From positions 2,688,001 to 2,752,000 of the forward strand of contig OY781945.1 in assembly GCA_963677435.1 (NCBI GenBank): a stretch of DNA of 64,000 nucleotides, written 5' to 3'. The first letter of the stretch is position 1. Each line of letters opens with the position of its first letter. The stretch is from an uncultured Aliarcobacter sp. (GTDB taxonomy: Bacteria > Campylobacterota > Campylobacteria > Campylobacterales > Arcobacteraceae). The translations under genes and the position numbers were made by a program. The notes below the pieces were generated by a model. It was given only the letters and a program-made list of their open reading frames with translations. It searched no databases and had not been told where the DNA came from. Positions 50,570 through 62,030 of this stretch are shown one piece after another.

Positions 50570-52127
50570 TTTTGATAACTTTATAATAAGAAACTTTAAG
50601 ATATCTATTGCGTTTTTTGCCCTTGGACTATTTTTTGGAATAATTTATTCTATAAATCTCTTAGGTTTTAGTATAAATTCTGAAACATTAAATCCAATGA
50701 ATATGAGATCAATTCATATTTCTTTAATGCTTTATGGTTTTGTGCCTTTAATGCTTTCGTATTTACCTTTTTTACTAATAAACAAAGAAGTTGGATTTGA
50801 TAAAGAAGGATTAAGATATTTAAATATTTACACTATTGTTTGGTTTATATTTCTAGTATTTATGGTAGTTTCATTACTTCTTGGGAAAAGTAGAGGTTTA
50901 GCTTTTTATGATTTTACTTATGAGTTAAATTTCTTACTGGCAATCGCGGGTATATTTTATATTATCGCTTTATACAAATTTATTAGACTTTATAAAAATG
51001 TTCTTCCTTTGTGGATAAAAGTGTGTTTAAGAGTTGTAATTATTGCTCCAATTACACTATTAGTTTTAATGAATCCAATTATTGGACAAGTTGAAAGTAC
51101 TGTATCTGGACCTCATGGAGATAATACTTTGGGAATGAGTTTGGCTTTACTTCCAATTTATTATTTAATAATTAAACTACTAAATATTGATAATTTTAAA
51201 GCTAGATGGAATATGCTTTGGATTATTCCAACAGTTTTTTATTTTGGCTCAGTATTACACAGAATTGTTCTAGGACCACTAACTTACAATCAAGAGTGGT
51301 TTTTACAATACTTAACACTTTTATATGTTCCACTTTTATATAGATGGTTTAAAGATAGTGACATTTTACCCCATGCAAAAAAGGCTTTATTGATTTCAAT
51401 CTTTGCATTTTTGTTTGTTGATGTTGAGGGGAATATTATCTTTATTCCTGAAATTAGATGGCTTTTTCACAGAAATGATTTAATTGTAGCTCACGCCCAC
51501 ATGGCTATGGGAATTGCTGTATTTTTTATGGTAATTTCTATGTTTATAACTTATATTAAAGAGCTTCAAAAAGCTATCTATTTAGATTTTTATCTATTTG
51601 CACTTTTAGGAATATTTACAGTTTTATCTATTTCTGGTTTTACAGAAGCTGGATTTATAAATATTCCAACAGAAAATCTATGGGTTTTACGAACTATTTT
51701 TGGACTTTTTGCTTTGGTATTTATTTTTGCTTTTATCAAAATTAAAAAGAGTTACTCAAACCTTGAATTTTATAATATTGCAGGAATCTTAAGTGATGGA
51801 TTTGGTGGAGTTTTTTTAGTTTTACTTGCAAGTTTTATATATCCTCTTGTTGGATTTAGCTTTAATGGAGTTTATGAATATGTTGTATTTACTTTTGTTT
51901 GTATGACTGGTGTTATTCATTTTATGGCTTTAAAAAATCCATCAAGTCAAATAGTTTTAACAAAACTAAGTGTAATTATTAGAGTATTTGCAAGTGCTAT
52001 GTTTTTTGCTTTATATGCTTCTGGAAAACTTGGCTTTGAAGCCTTGGCAATTTGTCTATTTGATTTGACTTTTGTGTTTGTTTATTTAATCTTTTTTTAT
52101 GAAAAGGAGAGCTTATGCAAAGATTAA
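50553..52127 (+). CDS. Divergent heme-copper oxidase superfamily (cbb3/NOR subunit I-like) polytopic membrane protein
   Basis: RSIH55; GPH188GDN; H236; EG...FH306RNDLIVAH314AH316; many TM helices. Confidence 0.6.
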   Translation: MENLNNFDNFIIRNFKISIAFFALGLFFGIIYSINLLGFSINSETLNPMNMRSIHISLMLYGFVPLMLSYLPFLLINKEVGFDKEGLRYLNIYTIVWFIFLVFMVVSLLLGKSRGLAFYDFTYELNFLLAIAGIFYIIALYKFIRLYKNVLPLWIKVCLRVVIIAPITLLVLMNPIIGQVESTVSGPHGDNTLGMSLALLPIYYLIIKLLNIDNFKARWNMLWIIPTVFYFGSVLHRIVLGPLTYNQEWFLQYLTLLYVPLLYRWFKDSDILPHAKKALLISIFAFLFVDVEGNIIFIPEIRWLFHRNDLIVAHAHMAMGIAVFFMVISMFITYIKELQKAIYLDFYLFALLGIFTVLSISGFTEAGFINIPTENLWVLRTIFGLFALVFIFAFIKIKKSYSNLEFYNIAGILSDGFGGVFLVLLASFIYPLVGFSFNGVYEYVVFTFVCMTGVIHFMALKNPSSQIVLTKLSVIIRVFASAMFFALYASGKLGFEALAICLFDLTFVFVYLIFFYEKESLCKD

Positions 52128-53083
52128 TTTTAATACTTTTTATAGCAAGCGAACTTTGTTATTATCTACTAATTGCTCAAACAGGAATTGTTGAGTATTT
52201 TTCATCGGATCTATTTTTGATAGCACCTCTTCCAATTGGAGGAATTATTGGCTCAATTGTGGTTTCGTATATAAAAATTGATACAAGAAATAAAATTTCT
52301 ATGTTTTTAATCATGCAATTACTAATGAGTTTTTTATATCCAAATTTCAATTTTTTGACTCTATTTATTTTAGGATTTGCAGTTGGTTCAATGGCTCCTC
52401 TAATTATAAATGAAATCAAAAAAGCAAGCCTATTTGAATTAGGACTTGCCCTTTGTCTTTCTTATGTAACTGGAACTTTATTGTTTAATTATGAAGTTAA
52501 TGAAAGGGGAATTATTGCAATTATACTTACTACTATTACATTACTTACTTCAAGATTTTTACCAAAAGAAGAATTAAGTCAAAATTCTAATATGGAATTT
52601 CCATTATTAATGATGGTTTTATGGGTATTTTTGGATTCTACACTTTTCGAGTCACTTTCAAGGGATGTTACTCTTTCTATTTGGAGAGATGGGTTTACCT
52701 TTCAAATTGCACTTTTTCATATTATTGGAGTCTTTTCAGCTCTATATTTAAGATTTGATAAAAATCAAAAAAGTTTATTAATCATAACTTTATTTGCACT
52801 TTCATATCTATTTTATTTTCTAAGAGAAGGATATGTTTTATCAATGATTTATCCAGTTGTAATATCTTATTACAATGTAGTAATTTTACAAACTATTATA
52901 AAAAAAGATTTTAGAATTATTACATTTTATATGATTTTTATTGGCTGGATGGCTTCTGGTGCTGGGCTTTTTGTAGCTTTGGCAAATCTAATTTTATTTG
53001 TTCCAATTGTTTTATTAGTAGTAATACTCAAAATAATGATTGGCGAATATAAACCAAATAACAAGGAGATAGAATATGTTTAA
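52115..53083 (+). CDS. Hypothetical polytopic membrane protein (possibly transporter-like)
   Basis: Almost entirely hydrophobic; overlaps both neighbours; AAGGAG RBS. Confidence 0.7.
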   Translation: MQRLILILFIASELCYYLLIAQTGIVEYFSSDLFLIAPLPIGGIIGSIVVSYIKIDTRNKISMFLIMQLLMSFLYPNFNFLTLFILGFAVGSMAPLIINEIKKASLFELGLALCLSYVTGTLLFNYEVNERGIIAIILTTITLLTSRFLPKEELSQNSNMEFPLLMMVLWVFLDSTLFESLSRDVTLSIWRDGFTFQIALFHIIGVFSALYLRFDKNQKSLLIITLFALSYLFYFLREGYVLSMIYPVVISYYNVVILQTIIKKDFRIITFYMIFIGWMASGAGLFVALANLILFVPIVLLVVILKIMIGEYKPNNKEIEYV

Positions 53084-53600
53084 ATTATTAATAGTTTTAA
53101 GTTTAGTTTTATTTGCAAATGCAAGTAATCTTAGTGTTCAAAATGGTGAGATAATTGCTCACACGGAAGTTTTTGGAGATAGTCAAATTAATCCAACAAC
53201 TAAAAATGTTAAATCTGATTTAACAATGAATGATTCAATAGAATCAATCAAAGGCAAAATCTATTTTGATACTTTATCTTTAATTAGTGATGAAAAAACT
53301 AGAGATGAACATATGTATAAACTACTAAATGTTGAAAAATATAAAACAATCTCTTGCGATATTAGAAGTATTACAAAAGTAGGAGATGATTATGAATTAA
53401 AAGGTATTTTAACTATAAATGGTATTTCAAAAAATCTAAAAGCAAAAGTATCTATATCTGAAGCTAATAATATAATTTCACTAAAAGGAAATTTCTCATT
53501 TAATCTTACAGATTTTTCAATGGAACCACCAAAAATGATGTTTTTAACAGTAAGAAATCAAATTGATATTTCTTATAATATCAATTTAGAAGTTAAATAA
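53076..53600 (+). CDS. YceI-family periplasmic lipid/polyisoprenoid-binding protein
   Basis: Signal peptide; RDEHM; G.LTING.SK; DFSMEPP. Confidence 0.85.
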   Translation: MFKLLIVLSLVLFANASNLSVQNGEIIAHTEVFGDSQINPTTKNVKSDLTMNDSIESIKGKIYFDTLSLISDEKTRDEHMYKLLNVEKYKTISCDIRSITKVGDDYELKGILTINGISKNLKAKVSISEANNIISLKGNFSFNLTDFSMEPPKMMFLTVRNQIDISYNINLEVK

Positions 53601-54056
53601 ATGATAAAAAGACTTATTTTATTAATCCTAGTTTGCTTTTTTGCAAAGGCTTCAACTTTAAAACTTGATGATAAAATAAGTAATTTTTCACTACCAAATC
53701 AATTTGATAAAATCCATACAATAAATGATGAAATTTCAATAATAATTATTGCATTTCAAAAAGAAGATGCAAAGTTAGTAAATGACTTTTTATCTATAAA
53801 GAGTAGTGATTTTTTAGAAAAAAAACATGCTGTTTTTATTGATAATATTTCAAAAACATCACCCATTATAGTAAAACTATTTACAATACCAGAACTTAGA
53901 GATTATAAATATAATGTGCTCTTAATTTATAATGAAAATAGCAAAAGATTTTTAGAACAAGAGGGAAAGATAACTGTTTATTTAATAAAAGATGGATTAG
54001 TAAAAGATATTAAATATATCTCTTCACAAGAAGAGTTAGAAGGAGTTTTAAAATGA
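53601..54056 (+). CDS. Exported hypothetical protein, possibly a thioredoxin-like fold without CxxC
   Basis: Signal peptide; FSLPNQFDK start resembles AhpC/redoxin-like folds. Confidence 0.6.
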   Translation: MIKRLILLILVCFFAKASTLKLDDKISNFSLPNQFDKIHTINDEISIIIIAFQKEDAKLVNDFLSIKSSDFLEKKHAVFIDNISKTSPIIVKLFTIPELRDYKYNVLLIYNENSKRFLEQEGKITVYLIKDGLVKDIKYISSQEELEGVLK

Positions 54057-54781
54057 CTCTTTCTAATTTTCAAACAGTTGAAATATTTGTAAAAAATGAA
54101 AAATTAAATGATTTAAAAATACTACATTTAAGCGATTTGCATATAAATAAAAAAACAACTATTTCCCAAGTTAAAGAACTTGTATTTTTGTGTAATAATT
54201 TAATTTTTGATTTTGTAGTAATAACTGGTGATATAATTGATACAAAAGTAAAGTTTATAAAAGAAAAACTTCAAATTTTGAATAAATTAAAAGGAGTTGT
54301 TTATTATATAAGTGGAAATCATGACCTATTTTATGGTTTAGAAGATTTAAAAAATGAACTTTTTAATTTTATTTTTATGGATAATAAGTGCAAAGAGTTT
54401 ATCTATAAAAATGAAACTATTTTTTTAGCTGGACTTCCTGATAGATTTTCTAAGTTTTTTAAAATCAAAAGGGAAGAGAAACAAATAGAAAATTATTTAA
54501 AAAATGAACCCTCAATTTTTTTAGCACATCAACCAAAAGATTACAAAATAGCTCTAAATTCGAACTCAACTCTTTTTTTATGTGGACATACACATGGTGG
54601 ACAGATTTATCCTTTTCACTATTTAGTAAAACTAGTTCAACCTTTTTTAGCAGGACTTTTTTATAAAAAAAATACAGCAATTTATGTAAATAAGGGAATT
54701 GGAACTTGGGGTATTGATTTTAGATATAAAGCAAATGCAGAAATAACAATAGTAAAATTAATAACAAAAATTGTAAAATAA
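54053..54781 (+). CDS. Calcineurin-like metallophosphoesterase
   Basis: SDLH; TGDIID; GNHD; AHQP; GHTHGGQ. Confidence 0.92.
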   Translation: MTLSNFQTVEIFVKNEKLNDLKILHLSDLHINKKTTISQVKELVFLCNNLIFDFVVITGDIIDTKVKFIKEKLQILNKLKGVVYYISGNHDLFYGLEDLKNELFNFIFMDNKCKEFIYKNETIFLAGLPDRFSKFFKIKREEKQIENYLKNEPSIFLAHQPKDYKIALNSNSTLFLCGHTHGGQIYPFHYLVKLVQPFLAGLFYKKNTAIYVNKGIGTWGIDFRYKANAEITIVKLITKIVK

Positions 54782-54784
54782 TTT

Positions 54785-55453
54785 ATGAAAATATTAATAA
54801 TAGAAGATGATTTAAAAATAATTAACTTTTTAAAAAAAGGCTTAGAAGAAGAGTGTTATGTTGTAGATTTTTCTACAAATGGAGATGAGGGTTTATATCT
54901 TGCAAGTGTAAATGAATATGATTTAATTTTACTTGATATTATGCTTCCTGTTAAGAATGGAATGGAAGTTTGTAAAAGCTTAAGAGACTCAAATAATCAA
55001 ACTCCAATAATAATGTTAACTGCAAAAGATTCAATTGAAGACAAAATAAAAGGCTTAGATGCTGGAGCAAATGATTATTTAGCTAAACCTTTCTCTTTTG
55101 CTGAATTACTTGCAAGAATAAGAGTGCAATTAAGAATGCAAAGTGCAACACAAACAAAAATTTCAATAGCAGATTTAGAACTTGATTTATTAAACAAAAC
55201 AGCTATTAGAGCAAATGAAAATATAGTTCTAACAGCAAAAGAGTTCACCCTTTTAGAATATCTTATAAAAAACAAAAATAGAGTATTAAGTGAAACTGCA
55301 ATAAATTCAGCACTATCATCTTTTGAAGAGTCAAATATGAGTAATATTGTAAATGTATATATTTATAGATTAAGAAATAAGATTGATAAAAATTTTGATA
55401 TAAAACTAATAAAAACAATAAGAGGAATAGGATTTAAAATAAGTGACAACTAA
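54785..55453 (+). CDS. OmpR-family response regulator
   Basis: IEDD; LDIMLP; LTAK; KPF; winged-helix C-terminus TIRGIGF. Confidence 0.95.
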   Translation: MKILIIEDDLKIINFLKKGLEEECYVVDFSTNGDEGLYLASVNEYDLILLDIMLPVKNGMEVCKSLRDSNNQTPIIMLTAKDSIEDKIKGLDAGANDYLAKPFSFAELLARIRVQLRMQSATQTKISIADLELDLLNKTAIRANENIVLTAKEFTLLEYLIKNKNRVLSETAINSALSSFEESNMSNIVNVYIYRLRNKIDKNFDIKLIKTIRGIGFKISDN

Positions 55454-56825
55454 TTTATCAATAAAGAAAAAACTTCTTATTTATAGTTTTTTTATACAAG
55501 TAATTATTCTTGTAATTTTTTCTTTTTCAATTTATAAAGCATTAGAACTCTCAACAATAGATAGATATCAAGCAACTTTAAAAGTTATACTTCTTGATAT
55601 TGTAGATGATTTAAAAGAGAAAAAGAATCTTTTTGATAATGTATTAGATGAAGAGAAAGAATACAATTTCGATCCTTTATATATTCGAATCTTAGATAAT
55701 AGTAATTCTCATAAAAAAATAATGCAAACTTCAAATTTTCCAAATGATTTACAAAGTAGCAATGAATATTTAGATGCTTTAAAAGATGATATTATTACTT
55801 TCCAAGAGCAAGATGTTTATCTAATAAATAGAATTAAAATTAATTTCAATTCTTCTTTAAAAATCATAGTTGAAATTGCTACAACTAAAGATATGCTTTG
55901 GACAACACTAGAAAATCTACTTTATATTTTATGTTTTATAGTTCCTATTGTTTTGATATTTGCAGTAATTGGTGGTAATTTTTTAATATATAAATCTTTT
56001 TCTCCAATAGAAAAAGTTTTAGAAGAGTTAAAAAACATAACTGCAATTGATTTAACAGCTAGATTAAAAAGTACAAAAAATCAAGATGAAATAAATCAGC
56101 TAATAAATGAGATAAACAATCTTCTTGAAAGATTAGAATCATCTTTTGAAAGAATTTCCCAATTTAGCTCTGATGCTTCTCATGAGTTAAAAACTCCACT
56201 TACTATTATAAAAGGTGAGATAGAAATAGCTTTAAGAAAAGATAGAAGTGTAGATGAATATAAACAAACTTTAAATACATCCCTTGAAGAAGTTATTATA
56301 ATTGAGCAAACTATAAATGATTTACTCTTTTTAGCAAAAAATGAAAAAGATATAATCTCTGATGACATGCAAACACTTATTTATTTTGATGAAATTATTG
56401 ATGAATCAATAAATGAAGTTAAAAATTTTGCAAAACTTCATCAAATAAAAATAAAATTTGAACTAATTGATACTATTGAAGTTAAAGGCTATTCAAATCT
56501 TTTAAAGATTGCAATTAAAAATATCTTGAAAAATGCTATACAATTTAGTCATGAAAATTCAGAAATATTAGTAAAGTCTTATAAAAAAGATGAATTATTT
56601 AATATTAGTATTCAAGATTTTGGAATAGGAATTGAAGAAAAAGAAAAAGAAAAAATATTTGAGAAATTTTATAGAACAGACAAAAGTAGAAATAAAAACT
56701 CAGGTGGTACGGGTCTTGGAATGTCTATTGTTAAAAAAATTATTGACATACATAAAGCAGAAGTAATAATTAAAAGTAAAGAAAATTTTGGAACTACAAT
56801 TATTTTATCTTTTAAGAATAAATAA
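55443..56825 (+). CDS. Sensor histidine kinase (HAMP, HisKA, HATPase; CusS/ArlS-like architecture)
   Basis: DASHELKTPL; NAIQF; DFGIGI; FYR; GTGLGM. Confidence 0.93.
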   Translation: MTTNLSIKKKLLIYSFFIQVIILVIFSFSIYKALELSTIDRYQATLKVILLDIVDDLKEKKNLFDNVLDEEKEYNFDPLYIRILDNSNSHKKIMQTSNFPNDLQSSNEYLDALKDDIITFQEQDVYLINRIKINFNSSLKIIVEIATTKDMLWTTLENLLYILCFIVPIVLIFAVIGGNFLIYKSFSPIEKVLEELKNITAIDLTARLKSTKNQDEINQLINEINNLLERLESSFERISQFSSDASHELKTPLTIIKGEIEIALRKDRSVDEYKQTLNTSLEEVIIIEQTINDLLFLAKNEKDIISDDMQTLIYFDEIIDESINEVKNFAKLHQIKIKFELIDTIEVKGYSNLLKIAIKNILKNAIQFSHENSEILVKSYKKDELFNISIQDFGIGIEEKEKEKIFEKFYRTDKSRNKNSGGTGLGMSIVKKIIDIHKAEVIIKSKENFGTTIILSFKNK

Positions 56826-56860
56826 TTTTTCTTGATTCAGTTTGTTTTAATCTAAAAAGA

Positions 56861-56869
56861 TGTTATAAT
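56861..56869 (+). promoter_or_regulatory. Extended -10 promoter (TGnTATAAT)
   Basis: TGTTATAAT in the intergenic region, upstream of a GGAGG RBS. Confidence 0.55.
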
Positions 56870-56899
56870 TACATATCTTAAAGCAATTTGGAGGTGTGA

Positions 56900-56938
56900 A
56901 TGACGAACTTTTACCTTTTTACGGTTGTTAAAAATTAA
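56900..56938 (+). CDS. Putative 12-aa small ORF (MTNFYLFTVVKN), or an sRNA
   Basis: GGAGG 5 nt before the ATG; own promoter-like element and downstream terminator. Confidence 0.4.
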   Translation: MTNFYLFTVVKN

Positions 56939-57010
56939 TTTAGTTATAAGTTTATTTTCAAATAAACTTTAGTAAATAAGATGGTATTTACTAAAAAATA
57001 ATATTTAAAT

Positions 57011-57046
57011 GGGGTTATAGAAAAGAATTTCTATAACCCTTTTTTT
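57011..57046 (+). terminator. Intrinsic terminator
   Basis: GGGTTATAGAAA-AGAA-TTTCTATAACCC followed by a T run. Confidence 0.85.
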
Positions 57047-57052
57047 ATATAT

Positions 57053-58267
57053 TTATGTAAAAACTATATCAATTGCATCAATAATATTTGCATCAATTTC
57101 CAAATCACTCAAATTTTTTCTTAATAAATCAATTGCTTGATTATGTGTCATTGATTTTCGATAAGGTCTATCTTCTACTAAAGCTTGATAAAAATCTAAA
57201 CAAGAGACTATTCTTTCTTCTAAACCTAATTCATTTGAAGTTAAACCAAAAGGATAACCACTTCCATCTAGTCTTTCATGATGAGCTGATGCCCATTTAG
57301 TTATATCACTAAATCCATCAATTTTATTCAATATTGTATGTGTTAGATATGCATGTTTTTTAACTTCAAAGAGTTCACTTTTTGTTAAAATACCTTCTTT
57401 ATCTAAAATAGCATTTGGAGTACCTAATTTTCCAATATCATGTAAATTTGATGCTATTTGGATTTTTAATTTTGTCTCTTCATCTAAATTAAAATATTCT
57501 ACAAGTCTTAAAGATTTTTCTTCTAAATCAATTGAATGTTTTGCTGTAAATTTTGATTTCCCATCAATAATTTTTGAAAAAATTTTGGTAATTAATAAAA
57601 ATTTATTAAGACTAACTTCAATAGTAAAATTTGGTAAAATTTTTTCAAGGGGATTTACTTCATCAAAATATTGTAAATCTCCCCAAAATGAAAAAGATTC
57701 AGATAATTTTTTATATGCTAAAACTAAATCTTTACTAAATAGTTTTGATTCATTATCAAATACAAATTTATTTATTTCTTCTTTTTTATCATAATCTATA
57801 ATTGTTAAATCAAAATTTGTGTCTATTAGATCTGCAAAAGATATTATTTGAGAAAATATTGGTATTTCGTTACCTTTCTTTCCAAAAAGACCAGAACCAT
57901 CAAAATTTTCATGATGATATAAAATAATATTTTCATAAGAGTTTAAAAAAGGGAAGTCTTTAATATTATTTTCACCAATAACACAATGTTCAGAAAAGTT
58001 AATAATATTAAAATAATCTTCTAAATAAGATTTTTCATATTTAGTAGAAAAATTGCAATAACTCTCTATTAAGCCATTATCATGTAATAAAGAGTATGAG
58101 CATAAATCAAATCTTTCTTCATCACTTAAATTTAGTAAGGAAGCAATTTTAAGGCTTATATATGCAACTCGCTTACTATGTTTATAAGATGTACATCTTA
58201 TTTCACTCTCTGCTAAATCTAAAGCAAATGATATAGAAAATAGAAATTTATTTAGGCTTAAAGTCAT
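57053..58267 (-). CDS. Tandem HD/HD-GYP domain phosphodiesterase
   Basis: N-terminal LHDNG...HHENFDGSGLFG (degenerate GYP); C-terminal LHDIGKLG...HHERLDGSGYP. Confidence 0.9.
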   Translation of the reverse strand: MTLSLNKFLFSISFALDLAESEIRCTSYKHSKRVAYISLKIASLLNLSDEERFDLCSYSLLHDNGLIESYCNFSTKYEKSYLEDYFNIINFSEHCVIGENNIKDFPFLNSYENIILYHHENFDGSGLFGKKGNEIPIFSQIISFADLIDTNFDLTIIDYDKKEEINKFVFDNESKLFSKDLVLAYKKLSESFSFWGDLQYFDEVNPLEKILPNFTIEVSLNKFLLITKIFSKIIDGKSKFTAKHSIDLEEKSLRLVEYFNLDEETKLKIQIASNLHDIGKLGTPNAILDKEGILTKSELFEVKKHAYLTHTILNKIDGFSDITKWASAHHERLDGSGYPFGLTSNELGLEERIVSCLDFYQALVEDRPYRKSMTHNQAIDLLRKNLSDLEIDANIIDAIDIVFT

Positions 58268-58357
58268 ATATAATACCTTTTTTATTGATAATTAATTTAT
58301 TATAACAAAAAAAATATTTATTTTTTAATATTATTTATCTTAAATTTATTATTAAAT

Positions 58358-58391
58358 AAAAAAAGGGCAAGGTTAAAAACCCTACCCTTTT
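58358..58391 (-). terminator. Terminator after groEL
   Basis: AAAGGG..AGGTT/AACC.TACCCTTT imperfect stem with a T run on the minus strand. Confidence 0.6.
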
Positions 58392-58421
58392 AAAAAATAT
58401 AACTTTTTTATAAATGATTTA

Positions 58422-60316
<1,895 letters not shown>

Positions 60317-60362
60317 GGTATTTCCTTTTATTATAATTGTATTTCATTTAAAACTTAGACAT

Positions 60363-60389
60363 TTAGCACTCTAAAATTCTAAGTGCTAA
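60363..60389. promoter_or_regulatory. CIRCE element (HrcA operator)
   Basis: TTAGCACTC-N9-AAGTGCTAA, one mismatch to consensus, upstream of groES. Confidence 0.9.
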
Positions 60390-60418
60390 ATTTTATTAAA
60401 ATAAACAAATTTTGTCAA
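60390..60418 (-). promoter_or_regulatory. Sigma70 promoter of groES-groEL
   Basis: TTGACA (60413-60418), 17-bp spacer, TAAAAT (60390-60395), directly abutting CIRCE. Confidence 0.8.
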
Positions 60419-60453
60419 GAGGTTTGAGTTAATTTGACTAAGAGTTTAAAACT

Positions 60454-61314
60454 TTATTTATGTCTATTAATATATTTTAAAAGTAACTCTTCTAAAGATA
60501 GTTTAAGATTTTCATCAAAAGTGTTAAGAATATTTGTACATTTTAAAGCTAATTCATCTGCACTTTTAATAGCACCATTTAATCCTAATAAATTTACAAA
60601 AGAGTTCTTATTTGCATCATTTTGTGTAGTTTTTCCAGCTTCAACTGAAGTGCAAGTTTCATCTATGATATCATCTTGTATTTGGAATAATAAGCCTAAA
60701 TCAATACCAAAATTATAAAGTTTTTCTTGAGTAGTTAAATCATATTCACTAATAATTGCACCCATTTTTAGGCTTGCAGCTATTAGTTTTGCTGTTTTAT
60801 GAATATGTAAAAATTCAAGTTGATCTAACTCTAATTTTTTATTTTCAAAGAAGCAGTCAATGGCTTGACCAATTATCATACCATCAATTCCACCATTTGA
60901 ACTTAAACATTTAACTAAATCAATTTTAATATCATTTGATAAAGAAGCATTTGCCAATAGATTAAAAGCGTGTGTATTTAATGCATCACCAACTAAAATA
61001 GCTGTTACTTCATCATATTTTTTATGTAGAGTTTGAAAACCTCTTCTTAAATCAGCATTATCCATAGCAGGAAGGTCATCATGTACAAGAGAATATGTAT
61101 GTAAGAATTCTAAACCTAATGCAATAGGCAGGCTATTAGAGATTAATAAGCTTTTATTTGATTTTACAACAGATAATAAAAGCATAGGTCGAAATCTCTT
61201 TCCACCTGCTTTTAACATATCAGCTAATGCATCTTCAAAATAAGGATGAAAAGTTTTTGAATTAGGAAGATTATTTATTAAATAATCTTCAAATAAAGAT
61301 AGTAATTTTTCCAT
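60454..61314 (-). CDS. ispA: Short-chain polyprenyl (farnesyl) diphosphate synthase
   Basis: GGKRFRP; SLVHDDLPAMD; HKTA; FQIQDD; start ATG 61314 (or TTG 61332). Confidence 0.9.
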   Translation of the reverse strand: MEKLLSLFEDYLINNLPNSKTFHPYFEDALADMLKAGGKRFRPMLLLSVVKSNKSLLISNSLPIALGLEFLHTYSLVHDDLPAMDNADLRRGFQTLHKKYDEVTAILVGDALNTHAFNLLANASLSNDIKIDLVKCLSSNGGIDGMIIGQAIDCFFENKKLELDQLEFLHIHKTAKLIAASLKMGAIISEYDLTTQEKLYNFGIDLGLLFQIQDDIIDETCTSVEAGKTTQNDANKNSFVNLLGLNGAIKSADELALKCTNILNTFDENLKLSLEELLLKYINRHK

Positions 61315-61318
61315 TGAG

Positions 61319-61639
61319 TTATTTTTGTCCAAAAGAACCTAATCCACCCATCATATTCATAGCTAACATCTTTTTATTTTCATCACTTTGTTTTATTACA
61401 TCATTCATACATGATATTAATAAAATTTGTAATGAATCTTTATCTTCAAGTAAAGAGTCATCAATTTTTAAATCAATTACTTCAGAATTGCCATTAATAG
61501 AAATCTCAATCATTCCTCCACCAGCTTTTGATGTAAAAATTCTTGAAGCATTTTCATCTTTAGCATTTTTTGCCATGTCTTGAAATTGATTTAGCATATC
61601 ACCTAAATTTAGGTTTTTTAAATCCATTCCATCAAACAT
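61319..61639 (-). CDS. YbaB/EbfC nucleoid-associated protein
   Basis: [12 protein letters not shown]...IDDSLL...LQILL. Confidence 0.88.
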   Translation of the reverse strand: MFDGMDLKNLNLGDMLNQFQDMAKNAKDENASRIFTSKAGGGMIEISINGNSEVIDLKIDDSLLEDKDSLQILLISCMNDVIKQSDENKKMLAMNMMGGLGSFGQK

Positions 61640-62015
61640 GATCACTTCCTACTAATTCATTTGTGATTAATTCTATATTATTTTTATCATCAACTAAAAC
61701 TACAATTGGCTTATAATTTTCAAGTTCAGCTTCACTATATGAAGCATATGAAATAACAATAATTTTATCGCCTATTTCAACTTTTCTTGCAGCTGCTCCA
61801 TTAAGACACATATCTTTAGAACCTGCTTTTCCTTTTATAACATATGTAGCAAATCTTTCACCATTGTTTACATTTACGATTTCAACTTTTTGCCCTACTC
61901 TTAATGCAGATGCTTTCATTAAATCTTCATCAATCGTAATTGACCCAACATAATTCAAATTTGCATCTGTAACAGTTGCTCTATGAATTTTACTATAAAG
62001 CATATCAAATGTCAT
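61632..62015 (-). CDS. panD: Aspartate 1-decarboxylase
   Basis: [31 protein letters not shown]. Confidence 0.97.
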   Translation of the reverse strand: MTFDMLYSKIHRATVTDANLNYVGSITIDEDLMKASALRVGQKVEIVNVNNGERFATYVIKGKAGSKDMCLNGAAARKVEIGDKIIVISYASYSEAELENYKPIVVLVDDKNNIELITNELVGSDHV

Positions 62016-62030
62016 ATATCAATTCCTTTA

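Noticed and set aside
50553..52127. Calling this ORF ccoN or norB
   Set aside because: The HH pair is missing and there are no partner cytochrome c subunits, so a functional oxidase or NOR assignment is not supported
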